Below, one piece after another: positions 20,255-29,989 of a stretch of DNA of 64,000 nt. A program made the position numbers and the translations under genes. How positions within the stretch are numbered: the first letter of the stretch is position 1; every line of letters starts with the position of its first letter. Source of the DNA: Desulfuromonas sp. (GTDB taxonomy: Bacteria > Desulfobacterota > Desulfuromonadia > Desulfuromonadales > UBA2294); the NCBI GenBank assembly GCA_002869615.1, contig PKUH01000110.1:41080-105079 (forward strand), given 5' to 3'. Under the pieces are notes generated by a model. That model was given only the letters and a program-made list of their open reading frames with translations, had not been told where the DNA came from and did no database searches.

Positions 20255-20296
20255 GCACCAAAAAGGCCCGGCAAAACAGCCGGGCCTTTTTGGTGC
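20255..20296. terminator. bidirectional rho-independent terminator
   Basis: GCACCAAAAAGGCCCGG-CAAAACA-GCCGGGCCTTTTTGGTGC, with A/T tracts on both sides. Confidence 0.8.
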
Positions 20297-20309
20297 AAAT
20301 CCGCTCACA

Positions 20310-20405
20310 GGGTTGGCTGAAATCGCCAGATGCAAGGCATACTTCACTTACGTCGAGGGACGAAGATTGAAGAGCAACCTCGCAGATGACGGGTTAGGAT
20401 CAACC
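20310..20405. repeat. Family-2 palindromic intergenic element, copy 2 (degenerate)
   Basis: Same order of boxes as 8482-8600: GGGTTGG...CCAGATGCAAGGC...TACGTCG...GCAACCTCGCAGATG...GATCAACC. The right terminus contains the RND stop codon. Confidence 0.55.
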
Positions 20406-23400
20406 TTCTTCAACCTCACGTTTTTCCATTTTGATCACCCACATCAGAATCGCCGGGATGACAAAGACGGTAAAGATAGTCGAAACCGCCAGGCCGCCCA
20501 GAAGGACACTACCGAGACCGCGGTACATTTCGGCGCCGGCACCCGGGATAACGACCAGCGGTAGCATCCCGAAGATACTGGTGGTCGCGCTCATGTAAAT
20601 CGGCCGCAGACGACTGCGGACTGATTCGAGCACTGCCTCTTCATAATCCATGTTGTGGAGATGGAAATTATTGAGGGACTGGTGAACAATCAGGATGGCA
20701 TTATTAACCACGACCCCGATGAGAATGACGAAACCGAGCATGGTCAGAATATCCATCTGCTGAATCGGCGCTCCGCCGAGGCGCAAAAAGATATTCAGGA
20801 CCTGCACGCCGAGCACGCCGCCGGCACCGGCCAGCGGTACGGTGAGCATGATAATCAGCGGGTAGATAAAGTTGCCGAACAGCGACGCCATCAACAGGTA
20901 AGCGATCACCGCCGCCATGATGAAGTTCCACCCGAGAACCTCGGCGGTCTCTTTGAGCTTGTCGGCGGTTCCTCCAATTGAAACATTCAGTCCGTCGAAA
21001 GCACCGTTGGCCCCGACCGCCGGGATCAACTGGTTTTCGATAATATCGGTCGCTACCTGCAGCGGCATGTCGACCGGGGTAGAGACCTGCAGGGTAACGG
21101 TCCGCTCTCTTTCCAGATGACGGATCTGCGAAACCCCGATCGATTCTTTCATCCGGGCCAGGCTTGAGACCGGGACCACCCTGCCGGTCGGGGTGGCAAG
21201 CAGGGCATTATTGACATCCTCCGGCGTCACGACACTGTCATCGGCCGACTTGACAACCAGGTCGATCTTCTTTTTCCCGTCCTCCTTGAAGTCACCGATA
21301 ATGGTGCCATCCATCAGGACATCGAGGGCGACGCCGAACTGGCGGGAAGTCATCCCGTTGGCGGTCATCAGGTCACGATCCGGAATAAAGTGAACCTCCG
21401 GGTAGGTCAGTTCAACCGATGGAATCGGCCGCGGACTCATCCCCTGTGGCGCGTTTCGTATGGCCCCGAAAAGCATCGCCGAGGCGGTCGTGATGCGGGT
21501 CAAGTCATCACCACTGATATTGACCTCGACCGATTTTGCGCCGCCCACATTTCGCTGAAAGACCCCGGGTTGCGATGCAACTCCGAAAATACCGGGAATC
21601 GAGTTGCTCATCCGGTTGAACAGGGGCAAAAGATCTCGGGCCTTGTCCCACTCTTCGGCCAGGGCACCGACAATCATGAAGCCTTCACGGCCAACATAGA
21701 ACATATTGCGGATCGCCGGGACCCCGTCAACCTCCTGTTTGATATGCGGTTTGGCCAGTTCAAAGAACTGGTTCCCGATATCGTTCCGTTCCTCCAGCGA
21801 CAAGCCGGGAGGCGGGATCAGAAAACTGAGGATAAAGTTGCGGTTGCCCTGCGGCAGGTAGTCCTTTTGCGGCATCAGGAAATAACCGGAGCAGATGGCC
21901 AGGGTTATCAGCAGAACAACGGTAGCGATCCGATTGCGCGTGGAAAGAGTCGCTATGCCGACCAGCCACATCATCCCGTCGCGTAAACGGAGACCGAAGC
22001 CGGAGAGCATTTCGTTGATCGGCTGTACTTTCGGCTGAAAGCGCTCGCTGAACGATTGCAGGCCATTGCTGATAACCCCGTCGGTCTCCTCGTCCTTGGC
22101 GGCGAGAAGCTTCTGGGCCAACATCGGGATAACCGATACCGAAACGAACAGAGACAGCGAGACCGCCGCGACCACCGCGATCGCAATGTCACGAAACAAC
22201 TGGCCCGCTTCCTCCTCGATAAATACGACCGGCAGGAAAACCGCGAGGGTGGTAATCGTCGAGGCGAGAACAGCACCCCAGACCTCCTTGGTCCCTTCCA
22301 GGGCTGCCCGATAAGCTGTCTTGCCCATCTTCCGGTGCCGGTCAATATTTTCAATAACCACAATCGCGTTATCGACCAACATGCCGACGGCAAAAGCGAT
22401 ACCGGCCATACTGACGACATTCAGGTTGCGACCGAGCGCGTAGAGCATGATAAAGGTACCGATGACGCTGATCGGAATCGCCATACCGACGACAATGGTC
22501 GCGCGCAGACTACGCAGGAAAATCAGCAGAACAACGATGGCCAGGCAGCCGCCGAACAGGATGTTCTGCTTGATCATGTTGATTGCGCTGTTGATGTAAA
22601 ACCGTTGATCATAAACCCATTCAAGGTAAAGCCCCTGCGGCTTCAGCTTGGTTTCATTGAGCCACTCTACCGCTTTTTCATAACTTTCAGTCAACTCGAG
22701 AATATTGGTTCCGGTCTCCGGGCGCAAACCGATCGCCATGCCGGGCGTGCCGTTGTGCAAAACCGAACCGAGCGACTTGGCATAGCCGCGCTCGACCTTG
22801 GCAACATCGCCAATGGTCACCCGCTCCTGACCGGTCGAGGCGAGAACAACGCCGGCAATCTGCTCCGGCGATTTAAATTCGGCGGTCGTCCGGATACGAT
22901 AATCCCGGCGGCCGACACCGAGGATGCCGGCCGAGATGTTGACGTTCTCATTCCGCAGCGCATTAATAACCCGATCAACCGTCAGGCGATGTGACGCCAG
23001 TTTTTCCGGGCTGACCACGACGTGCATTTCCTCGGCGGTACCAGCCGGGAGGAAGAGTTCGGAGACCCCTTTGACCCGTTCCAGGTATTGCCGGATTTCG
23101 TTTTCGAAAAATGTCCGGTAAGTGTAAACATGACGCGGATTATCATCCATCGCCTTGAGAATGACCCAGATCGCAAAACTGCTCTGCGCACCGGAGGCAT
23201 TGACGGCCGGCTGATCGACATCTGCCGGATAGGACGGCACCTCGTTGAGCTTGTTCGAAACCCGTAGCAGTGCGTCGTTGACTTCGGTACCGATCTTGAA
23301 GGTCAGGGTAATCTGGCCCTGGCCGTTGCTCGAGCTGCTCTCCATCTTGACCAGGTTGGTCAGCCCCTTGAGCGTATTCTCCTGCTCTTCGATGATTTCG

Positions 23401-23582
23401 CGTTCGATTTCATACGGCGTGGCGCCGCGCCAGGTGGTGGTAACCGAGATAACCGGTTCGACCACTGTCGGTGCCAGCTGAATCGGCAGCCTGTTCAGAC
23501 TGATCAGACCGAACAGGACAACCATGACAATGATCGAAATAACCGTTACCGGTTTTTTAATTGAAAAAGAGACCAGATCCAT
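20400..23582 (-). CDS. RND efflux transporter permease (AcrB/HAE family)
   Basis: 1060 aa with the 12-TM RND architecture and conserved N-terminus FSIKKPVTV....M..LFG......LP....P. Confidence 0.88.
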   Translation of the reverse strand: MDLVSFSIKKPVTVISIIVMVVLFGLISLNRLPIQLAPTVVEPVISVTTTWRGATPYEIEREIIEEQENTLKGLTNLVKMESSSSNGQGQITLTFKIGTEVNDALLRVSNKLNEVPSYPADVDQPAVNASGAQSSFAIWVILKAMDDNPRHVYTYRTFFENEIRQYLERVKGVSELFLPAGTAEEMHVVVSPEKLASHRLTVDRVINALRNENVNISAGILGVGRRDYRIRTTAEFKSPEQIAGVVLASTGQERVTIGDVAKVERGYAKSLGSVLHNGTPGMAIGLRPETGTNILELTESYEKAVEWLNETKLKPQGLYLEWVYDQRFYINSAINMIKQNILFGGCLAIVVLLIFLRSLRATIVVGMAIPISVIGTFIMLYALGRNLNVVSMAGIAFAVGMLVDNAIVVIENIDRHRKMGKTAYRAALEGTKEVWGAVLASTITTLAVFLPVVFIEEEAGQLFRDIAIAVVAAVSLSLFVSVSVIPMLAQKLLAAKDEETDGVISNGLQSFSERFQPKVQPINEMLSGFGLRLRDGMMWLVGIATLSTRNRIATVVLLITLAICSGYFLMPQKDYLPQGNRNFILSFLIPPPGLSLEERNDIGNQFFELAKPHIKQEVDGVPAIRNMFYVGREGFMIVGALAEEWDKARDLLPLFNRMSNSIPGIFGVASQPGVFQRNVGGAKSVEVNISGDDLTRITTASAMLFGAIRNAPQGMSPRPIPSVELTYPEVHFIPDRDLMTANGMTSRQFGVALDVLMDGTIIGDFKEDGKKKIDLVVKSADDSVVTPEDVNNALLATPTGRVVPVSSLARMKESIGVSQIRHLERERTVTLQVSTPVDMPLQVATDIIENQLIPAVGANGAFDGLNVSIGGTADKLKETAEVLGWNFIMAAVIAYLLMASLFGNFIYPLIIMLTVPLAGAGGVLGVQVLNIFLRLGGAPIQQMDILTMLGFVILIGVVVNNAILIVHQSLNNFHLHNMDYEEAVLESVRSRLRPIYMSATTSIFGMLPLVVIPGAGAEMYRGLGSVLLGGLAVSTIFTVFVIPAILMWVIKMEKREVEEG

Positions 23583-23590
23583 TGATAACC

Positions 23591-24673
23591 TCAGGATCCG
23601 AATCGAACGGGCGTACCGTCATTATAGATGCGTTCCTGACCCTTGATAATGACATCCTGACCAGCCTTGAGGCCATCACCGCTGACCCCGAACTGCAGCC
23701 CGGAGTAGCCGGTGACCTCGACCGGAATCATTTTGGCCAGTCCGCCTTCAACAATATAAACAACATCGCGACCGAATTTATTGATGACGGCATCGCGCGG
23801 CACCAGCAGGCCGCTTTCGGCCGGACTGACCGGCAGCAAAGCTCTGGCAGCCATGCCTTCGATCAACGCATCGGTGTTCTTCAACCGGAGCTTGATCGAA
23901 AAGGTGCGGGTCGCAATATCACCCCTCGGAATCAGGGCAACATAACGACCGGTGTATTTTTTATCGCCGCTGATAATAGCAACTTCCCGTCCTTTTTCGA
24001 GCAGCCCGACCATCCGTTCGGGAATATCGACCACCACATCGACCTGTCGATCATCGGCAACCACGGCAACGGTACCGCCAGCGTTAACCCACTCTCCCTG
24101 TTCAACCTCTTTCTTGAGAACCACTCCGGAAAAGGGGGCGTCGATCGTCATTTTCTTTTTTTCGAGCTGGAGCCGGTCGAGATCGGCCTTGAGAGCGGCG
24201 GCCCTTTTTTCCAGACCCCGGGCTGTCGCCATCTGGTTGTCATAGGTGGTTTCGGCAATCAGATTGTCACTGTGCAGAGATTCAAGGCGGGTCAGGTCTT
24301 TGCGCGCCTGTTCCATGTCGATAACCGCCTGCTCGAAGGAATTGCGGGTTTTATCGATCATCGTTTCAAGGATATCGGTCTGGAGAGTGACCAGGCTCGC
24401 GCCTTTCTTGACCCGGTCACCATCATTAATGGCAACCGAAGCGACCAGCCCGCCGACCTCGGACGCTACGTTCGAAACCCGTGAATAAAAAACGGTCCCG
24501 ACCATTTGCTGGCTCGGCTCTGCGGTCCCTTCAACAATCTTTTCAACCGCGACCAGCATTGCCGGCGGCGCATTCTGGGCCTGACCGCCCCCTTCTTTTC
24601 CACCTTCAGCGGCAACAGCGGAAACCGAAATCAGCAGAAGCGCAAGACCGACTATCAATATTTTGAATTGCAT
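23591..24673 (-). CDS. RND efflux periplasmic adaptor (membrane fusion protein)
   Basis: Signal/anchor segment, coiled-coil hairpin, and lipoyl/beta-barrel segments. Lies directly upstream of the RND pump. Confidence 0.85.
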   Translation of the reverse strand: MQFKILIVGLALLLISVSAVAAEGGKEGGGQAQNAPPAMLVAVEKIVEGTAEPSQQMVGTVFYSRVSNVASEVGGLVASVAINDGDRVKKGASLVTLQTDILETMIDKTRNSFEQAVIDMEQARKDLTRLESLHSDNLIAETTYDNQMATARGLEKRAAALKADLDRLQLEKKKMTIDAPFSGVVLKKEVEQGEWVNAGGTVAVVADDRQVDVVVDIPERMVGLLEKGREVAIISGDKKYTGRYVALIPRGDIATRTFSIKLRLKNTDALIEGMAARALLPVSPAESGLLVPRDAVINKFGRDVVYIVEGGLAKMIPVEVTGYSGLQFGVSGDGLKAGQDVIIKGQERIYNDGTPVRFGS

Positions 24674-24697
24674 TGGTTATTCATCCGGTTTGATCGA

Positions 24698-25024
24698 TCA
24701 AAAAGTATCGTCATCATCGAAACTGAAGCTGTCTTCCTCTTCAGCAAAATCGAAGGTATCATCTTCCGTGACTTCGGTCGCCGGCTCGGAGGGGGCGCCA
24801 CCGCCAGCCTCCTCTTCCATGAAGTCGAATCCGAACTCTTCCCCTCCAGCAGCCGGGGCACCCGCGGCTGCAGTCGCCGCCGTGGCCGCTGCCGCTGCTC
24901 CGGAAGCCGGAAACATCAGGGAGCGGATATTGTGTTTTTCCTTGTGTTCCATCAGATCCTTGCCGCATTTCTTGCACTCGTCAAGATAATCGAAACTGGT
25001 GTAACCACACTTCGGACATTTCAT
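24698..25024 (-). CDS. zinc-ribbon protein with Ala-rich linker and highly acidic C-terminus
   Basis: MKCPKCGYTSFDYLDECKKCG (CxxC...CxxC), then an AAAATAATAAAGAPAAG linker and a D/E/F-rich tail. Confidence 0.6.
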   Translation of the reverse strand: MKCPKCGYTSFDYLDECKKCGKDLMEHKEKHNIRSLMFPASGAAAAATAATAAAGAPAAGGEEFGFDFMEEEAGGGAPSEPATEVTEDDTFDFAEEEDSFSFDDDDTF

Positions 25025-25048
25025 TGTCTTTCCTCCCGGTAAATGGAA

Positions 25049-25804
25049 TCAACCCCGACTGTTTTCATCGGAACCAAAATCACCATAAAGATACTCCAGA
25101 ACGGCCGTGACTGCAAACCCGGATGTTTCAGCTCGCAAGATTCTTGGCCCAAGACTGACCGGTAAAAACCCGGCGGCTTTTGCACGGTCCACCTCATCCC
25201 GGCCGAATCCCCCTTCAGAACCGACCAGAACAGCAACACCGGCCGGTCTTTTTTCCGGCAATCTCTCGACCAGTGCAACGCTCCCGTCTTCCCAGAGCAT
25301 CAGCTTGAGTTCCTCGCGGCAGGTCGAAATGACCTGACCAAACTCCTGAACCGGATCACAGATCGGCAGGATCGGGCGCCGGCACTGTCGGGCAGCTTCC
25401 GCAATGATTTTCCGCCAGCGCTGCAGCTTTTTCTCACCCCTGCCCTGATCGAATTCGGGAACGGAACGCTCACTGAATACGGGACTGAACCGATTAACGC
25501 CGAGTTCACAACCCTTCTGCAGAATCAGCTCCATCTTCTCCCCCTTCGGCAATGACTGAATCAGTCGAACCGGAAGGTTTTTTTCCCGTTCAAACCACTG
25601 CTCGATAATCAGAGCTTGCCCCGATCCCGGAGTAAGCTCATTGATCTGGCCCAGATAATGGTTGCCGACACCATCAAGCAGCAGGATCTGGTCGCCGGTC
25701 CCAAGGCGTAAAACCTTCCGGATGTGGCGAAGCAGATCACCATCCAGCCGGATTCGATCACCTTCGACTCCCTCCGGAGGGATAAAGAAACGACGCAGGG
25801 TCAT
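25049..25804 (-). CDS. rsmE: 16S rRNA (uracil1498-N3)-methyltransferase
   Basis: LRRFFI start and the SPOUT C-terminal ...LGPRILRAETSG. ATG 25804 overlaps the prmA stop (ATGA). Confidence 0.85.
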   Translation of the reverse strand: MTLRRFFIPPEGVEGDRIRLDGDLLRHIRKVLRLGTGDQILLLDGVGNHYLGQINELTPGSGQALIIEQWFEREKNLPVRLIQSLPKGEKMELILQKGCELGVNRFSPVFSERSVPEFDQGRGEKKLQRWRKIIAEAARQCRRPILPICDPVQEFGQVISTCREELKLMLWEDGSVALVERLPEKRPAGVAVLVGSEGGFGRDEVDRAKAAGFLPVSLGPRILRAETSGFAVTAVLEYLYGDFGSDENSRG

Positions 25805-26721
25805 GAACGCTGCTCTCTGTGATAGATCATGCAACACCATTCATTTTCATAACGGATATCAGGATCATTGAGGCCAAGATTACAGAAGCCGGCACAGACA
25901 AAACTTTCTTTTTCCTTAAGGATGCCGGACAGGATCAGGCAACCGCCGGGTGCGAGATGAGCAACCAGGTCAACCGCAAGTCGGACATTTTCCTCGGCAA
26001 GGATATTGGCAATAACAAGGTCATAGTGGCCGGCGATATCGGGCAGCGGCCGGCCGGTAATCTCAACCTGGCCGGCAACGCGGTTCAGCATGACATTCTC
26101 TTCGGCCACCCGGCAGGCGCCCGGATCGATTTCACAGCCGATAACCTTGCTCGCCCCGAGAGCGGCCGCCGCTATCGCCAGAATCCCCGAGCCGGTTCCG
26201 ACATCAAGGACCGAATCCGGCGCCGGTGACTGCTCAAACCGGTCGGCCACCGCCTGCAGGCAAAGCCTTGTCGTTTCATGGCTGCCGGTCCCGAATGCCA
26301 TTCCCGGATCGAGAGAAACCAGCGCCGAATCATCGTCACCCTGCCACTGTTCCCAGGTCGGTTTGACCACCAGTCGCGAGCCGAAGCGCACCGTTGAGAA
26401 ATGCTGCTTCCACCCTTCGGCCCAATCCTCCTGCTGAACTCCGGAAAAACGGATCGCGGCAGGCGTCAGGCCGGGCATTTCAGCAGCCAGCCCCCGGCAG
26501 ATACTCAGGGCCAGTTTCCCCGGCTCAGCTGTTTCCGGGAAATAGGCCCTGATCTCGTAACTCTCGGGAAGATCAGCATCCGGATCAGGAGCGACAAAGG
26601 TATCGAGATCACGCTCCTCGACCATGACACCGATACAGCCGATGCCATACAGGGCATCTGAGACCTGGTCAATCAGCTCGACCGGTACCGAAAAAACAGT
26701 TTCTGTCCAACTTAGCTCCAT
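25801..26721 (-). CDS. prmA: ribosomal protein L11 methyltransferase
   Basis: FGTGSHETTRLCL and SAM motif VLDVGTGSGILAIAA. Confidence 0.9.
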   Translation of the reverse strand: MELSWTETVFSVPVELIDQVSDALYGIGCIGVMVEERDLDTFVAPDPDADLPESYEIRAYFPETAEPGKLALSICRGLAAEMPGLTPAAIRFSGVQQEDWAEGWKQHFSTVRFGSRLVVKPTWEQWQGDDDSALVSLDPGMAFGTGSHETTRLCLQAVADRFEQSPAPDSVLDVGTGSGILAIAAAALGASKVIGCEIDPGACRVAEENVMLNRVAGQVEITGRPLPDIAGHYDLVIANILAEENVRLAVDLVAHLAPGGCLILSGILKEKESFVCAGFCNLGLNDPDIRYENEWCCMIYHREQRS

Positions 26722-26952
26722 GCTCGAAGTTTTACAGAGTCAACCGTTTAAAAGCAATAAAAACCTTGACAAAATCAGACCGTTTCAGTTAAACATCACT
26801 AGGTTTTAATTAAAAAGTACCATGCGTGATATTTTTTACAGCAAGTCATATTAGCCCAGGTTTATTAAGGCTGTAAGGGTCCGAAAAGAATGGCTTCTTG
26901 ATCTTAATGAAAGGTCTGTTACAATTTCAAACAACTCTCACCAGGACAGATC

Positions 26953-27759
26953 ATGGCACAAAAACCGAATTTATACCTTCTTTCCGATGCGACGGGAGAA
27001 ACGGCTGAGAAGATGGTGATGGCCGCCTTGACCCAGTTCCGCAAAAAGGACATCCGCATCAACCGGATCAGCCATGTCCGGACCAAAAATGCAATCTACG
27101 AGGTGCTCGATGATGCCCTGGAGAACAAGGGCCTGGTTGTTTTTACAATCGTAAATCGGGAAATGGCGCAGATGGTTCACGATGAATGCAATTCGCTCGG
27201 AATCCCCTGCATCGATCTGATCACCCCATTACTGATGAAGTTCTCCGAGTTTCTCGGGCGTGATCCCGGCGAAACCCCAGACCTGCTGCACGGTGTTGAT
27301 GAAGAGTATTTCCGCCGGGTCGAAGCCCTCGAATTTACGATCAAGCACGATGACGGTCAGGAGGTACGCAACCTGACCAACGCCGACATCATTCTGGCCG
27401 GGATCTCGCGAACCAGCAAAACCCCCCTGTCGGTTTACCTTGCGCATCGCGGCTGGAAAGTCGCCAACGTTACACTGGTCAAGGGGGTTGAACCGCCACC
27501 GGAGCTCTTTACGGTCGACCGGGGACGCGTCGCCGGCTTGGTCATTGACCCACAGCGTCTGGGTGAGCTCCGGGCTTCCCGCTTGCGCAATCTCGGGCAG
27601 GATCCGAAAGCGGCTTACGCCGATTTTGAAGAGATTGAAGAAGAGCTTGCAGCTTCAAAAAAAATTTTCCGGCAACAGCAGTGGGTCACTATAAACGTGA
27701 CCGGCAAAGCGGTTGAAGAAACAGCAAACGAAGTCCTGGTTAAACTGGGGCTGAAATAG
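26953..27759 (+). CDS. ppsR: pyruvate,phosphate dikinase / PEP synthase regulatory protein (DUF299 kinase/pyrophosphorylase)
   Basis: [10 protein letters not shown] and P-loop [15 protein letters not shown]. Confidence 0.88.
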   Translation: MAQKPNLYLLSDATGETAEKMVMAALTQFRKKDIRINRISHVRTKNAIYEVLDDALENKGLVVFTIVNREMAQMVHDECNSLGIPCIDLITPLLMKFSEFLGRDPGETPDLLHGVDEEYFRRVEALEFTIKHDDGQEVRNLTNADIILAGISRTSKTPLSVYLAHRGWKVANVTLVKGVEPPPELFTVDRGRVAGLVIDPQRLGELRASRLRNLGQDPKAAYADFEEIEEELAASKKIFRQQQWVTINVTGKAVEETANEVLVKLGLK

Positions 27760-27807
27760 GATTCGTTTAAACAGCTTAACAGAGCTTATTTACAGAAGGA
27801 GGCACAC

Positions 27808-28479
27808 ATGAAGATTCTGGTCGTTGAAGATGAAAAGAAAGTCGCCAGCTTTATTCAGCGGGGACTCGAGGAGGAAGGGTATGAGGTCGATGTCGCCTAT
27901 GATGGTGAAGAGGGCCTGAGTATCGGGTCTGATGGCAGCTACGACCTGATCCTGATGGATCTGATGCTGCCCAAGATAGACGGCCTGGAGGTTATCAGCA
28001 AATTACGCGGCCAGGATGTGCGGACACCGGTTCTCTGCCTGACCGCCAAGGACAAGGTTGACGACATCGTCTCCGGACTCGATTCAGGAAGTGACGACTA
28101 CCTGACCAAGCCGTTCGCCTTCGCCGAACTGGTGGCCCGGGTCCGGGCCCTGATCCGTCGCGGCAATACGGAACGCGGCGCTGAAATCGTCTTCGCCGAC
28201 CTCCGCCTCGATCCGGTCTCGCACAAGGTTTGGCGCAATGACCGGGAGATTGATCTGACCACCAAAGAATACGCGCTACTCGAATACATGATGCGCAACC
28301 CGAATCAGACCCTGACCCGCAGCATGATCGCTGAACATGTTTGGGACTATACCTTCGATTCTTTTACCAACATTATCGATGTTTATGTGAATTACCTGCG
28401 GAAAAAGGTCGATCGCGATTTTGATAAAAAACTGATCCACACGGTTCGTGGCGTTGGTTACGTCCTCAAGGAGGATTAG
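27808..28479 (+). CDS. OmpR-family response regulator
   Basis: Receiver domain (VVEDE, LILMDLMLP) plus a winged-helix domain (LTTKEYALLEYMMRN...RGVGYVL). Confidence 0.88.
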   Translation: MKILVVEDEKKVASFIQRGLEEEGYEVDVAYDGEEGLSIGSDGSYDLILMDLMLPKIDGLEVISKLRGQDVRTPVLCLTAKDKVDDIVSGLDSGSDDYLTKPFAFAELVARVRALIRRGNTERGAEIVFADLRLDPVSHKVWRNDREIDLTTKEYALLEYMMRNPNQTLTRSMIAEHVWDYTFDSFTNIIDVYVNYLRKKVDRDFDKKLIHTVRGVGYVLKED

Positions 28480-28482
28480 CAG

Positions 28483-29913
28483 TTGTTTTTTCGTTCGATC
28501 CGTTTTCGATTAACCTCCTGGTATGCCTTGACCCTGGCCGCTGTGCTGGCGGCCAGTAGTCTGTTCTGGTACATTGCGCTGTCGCGTAACCTGGAAAAAC
28601 ATATCGATGAGAGACTGCTCGATGTTGCCAAAGTGGTCGAACGATCGCACCTGAAGGAGCACCGCGACCTGTCACTTCCGCAAGCCTGTAACGACCTCGA
28701 CAAGTACATCCTCGATCACAACTGGGCCGGCTACGCCCAGGTCCGGAACAGTCTCGGCAATATCATCTGTAATATCAACTCGGTCGAAGGCAAACCGCTC
28801 CCTCTAGGCAAGTCGGCGCTGCTGAAAATAACCAAAATGCTCCACCATTTTGAAACGGTCAGAAACCTCGACTCTTATCCACTGCGACTTCTCAGCTACC
28901 CGATCGTCCATGATGGTCGCCTCGAACGAATTATCCAGATTGCCGAATCATACGAACAGGCCGAACATACGCTAAGCGACCTGAAAATCGTATTTCTGAT
29001 GCTCAGTCCGTTCGCTTTTATCGCTCTGACCGGATGCGGTTGGTTCCTCGCCAACCGGGCCCTGACTCCGATTGTCAACATTACCGAAACCGCTCGTAAA
29101 ATTACCGCCGAAAAGCTCGATGCCCGACTGCCGGTGCATGAACCGCAGGATGAACTGGCCAACCTCTCTAACACGATAAATTCGATGCTGGCCCGCCTCG
29201 AAGACTCATTTAACCGGATCAAACAGTTCTCCGGCGACGCATCACATGAACTCAGAACGCCCCTGGCTATTCTCAAAGGGGAAACCGAAGTCTCTTTGCG
29301 CTGGGCAAAAACGGAAGAAGAACTCAAGCAGACTCTCGAATCGAACCTTGAAGAGATCAACCTGATGGGCCGGATACTCGAGGACCTTCTGGAACTGGCC
29401 AAAAGCGAAGCCGGTGAGCTGCATCTCGATTTCGAGGAATTCAGCCTCAGTGACCTGCTTCAGGATATTTACATCCATGCCAAAACCCTGGCCGAGCCAC
29501 GACAGCATCTGATCAAGCTCCGTCTTCAGGTCGACTCCGAAATTCATATCTGGGGCGATCAGATCCAGCTTTACCGGATGTTTCTCAACATCATCAACAA
29601 CAGTATCAAGTACACCCAACCCGAAGGCACTATCGAGATAACACTCTCGGTTGACGATGAAACAGCCATTGTCAGCGTCAAGGATTCAGGGGTCGGCATT
29701 TCGAAAGAACACCTGGCGAATATTTATGACCGTTTCTACCGGGTTGATGCGGCCCGGAACCGCCAGGATGGCGGGACCGGACTCGGGCTATCGATTGTCA
29801 AGGCGATTGTAGATGCGCACGGCGGCCGGATTGATGTCGACTCGGTTGTCGAAAAAGGAACAACTTTTACCATCTCCCTGCCGTTGAAACGGGAAACCCT
29901 GAAAAAGAGTTGA
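28483..29913 (+). CDS. sensor histidine kinase (HAMP-HisKA-HATPase, CusS/CpxA-like)
   Basis: Two TM segments, H-box FSGDASHELRTPL, and N, G1 (DSGVGI) and G2 (GGTGLGLSI) boxes. Uses a non-ATG start. Confidence 0.85.
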   Translation: MFFRSIRFRLTSWYALTLAAVLAASSLFWYIALSRNLEKHIDERLLDVAKVVERSHLKEHRDLSLPQACNDLDKYILDHNWAGYAQVRNSLGNIICNINSVEGKPLPLGKSALLKITKMLHHFETVRNLDSYPLRLLSYPIVHDGRLERIIQIAESYEQAEHTLSDLKIVFLMLSPFAFIALTGCGWFLANRALTPIVNITETARKITAEKLDARLPVHEPQDELANLSNTINSMLARLEDSFNRIKQFSGDASHELRTPLAILKGETEVSLRWAKTEEELKQTLESNLEEINLMGRILEDLLELAKSEAGELHLDFEEFSLSDLLQDIYIHAKTLAEPRQHLIKLRLQVDSEIHIWGDQIQLYRMFLNIINNSIKYTQPEGTIEITLSVDDETAIVSVKDSGVGISKEHLANIYDRFYRVDAARNRQDGGTGLGLSIVKAIVDAHGGRIDVDSVVEKGTTFTISLPLKRETLKKS

Positions 29914-29921
29914 TCGCGGCA

Positions 29922-29950
29922 TTGACATCCAACTGACCGATGATTAAATA
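29922..29950 (+). promoter_or_regulatory. candidate sigma-70 promoter of the htrA/degP-like gene
   Basis: TTGACA (29922-29927), 17-nt spacer, TAAATA (29945-29950). Confidence 0.45.
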
Positions 29951-29989
29951 GTTTTCCGGATGGAAAATATTATTTATCAAGGAGTTGCC

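Noticed and set aside
24830-24910. Repetitive GCN-rich DNA here, and GCC/GCG/CAG repeats at 53280-53470, considered as possible CRISPR or tandem-repeat loci.
   Set aside because: These are in-frame poly-Ala and coiled-coil coding segments of the zinc-ribbon and OmpA-like proteins. They have no repeat-spacer periodicity.
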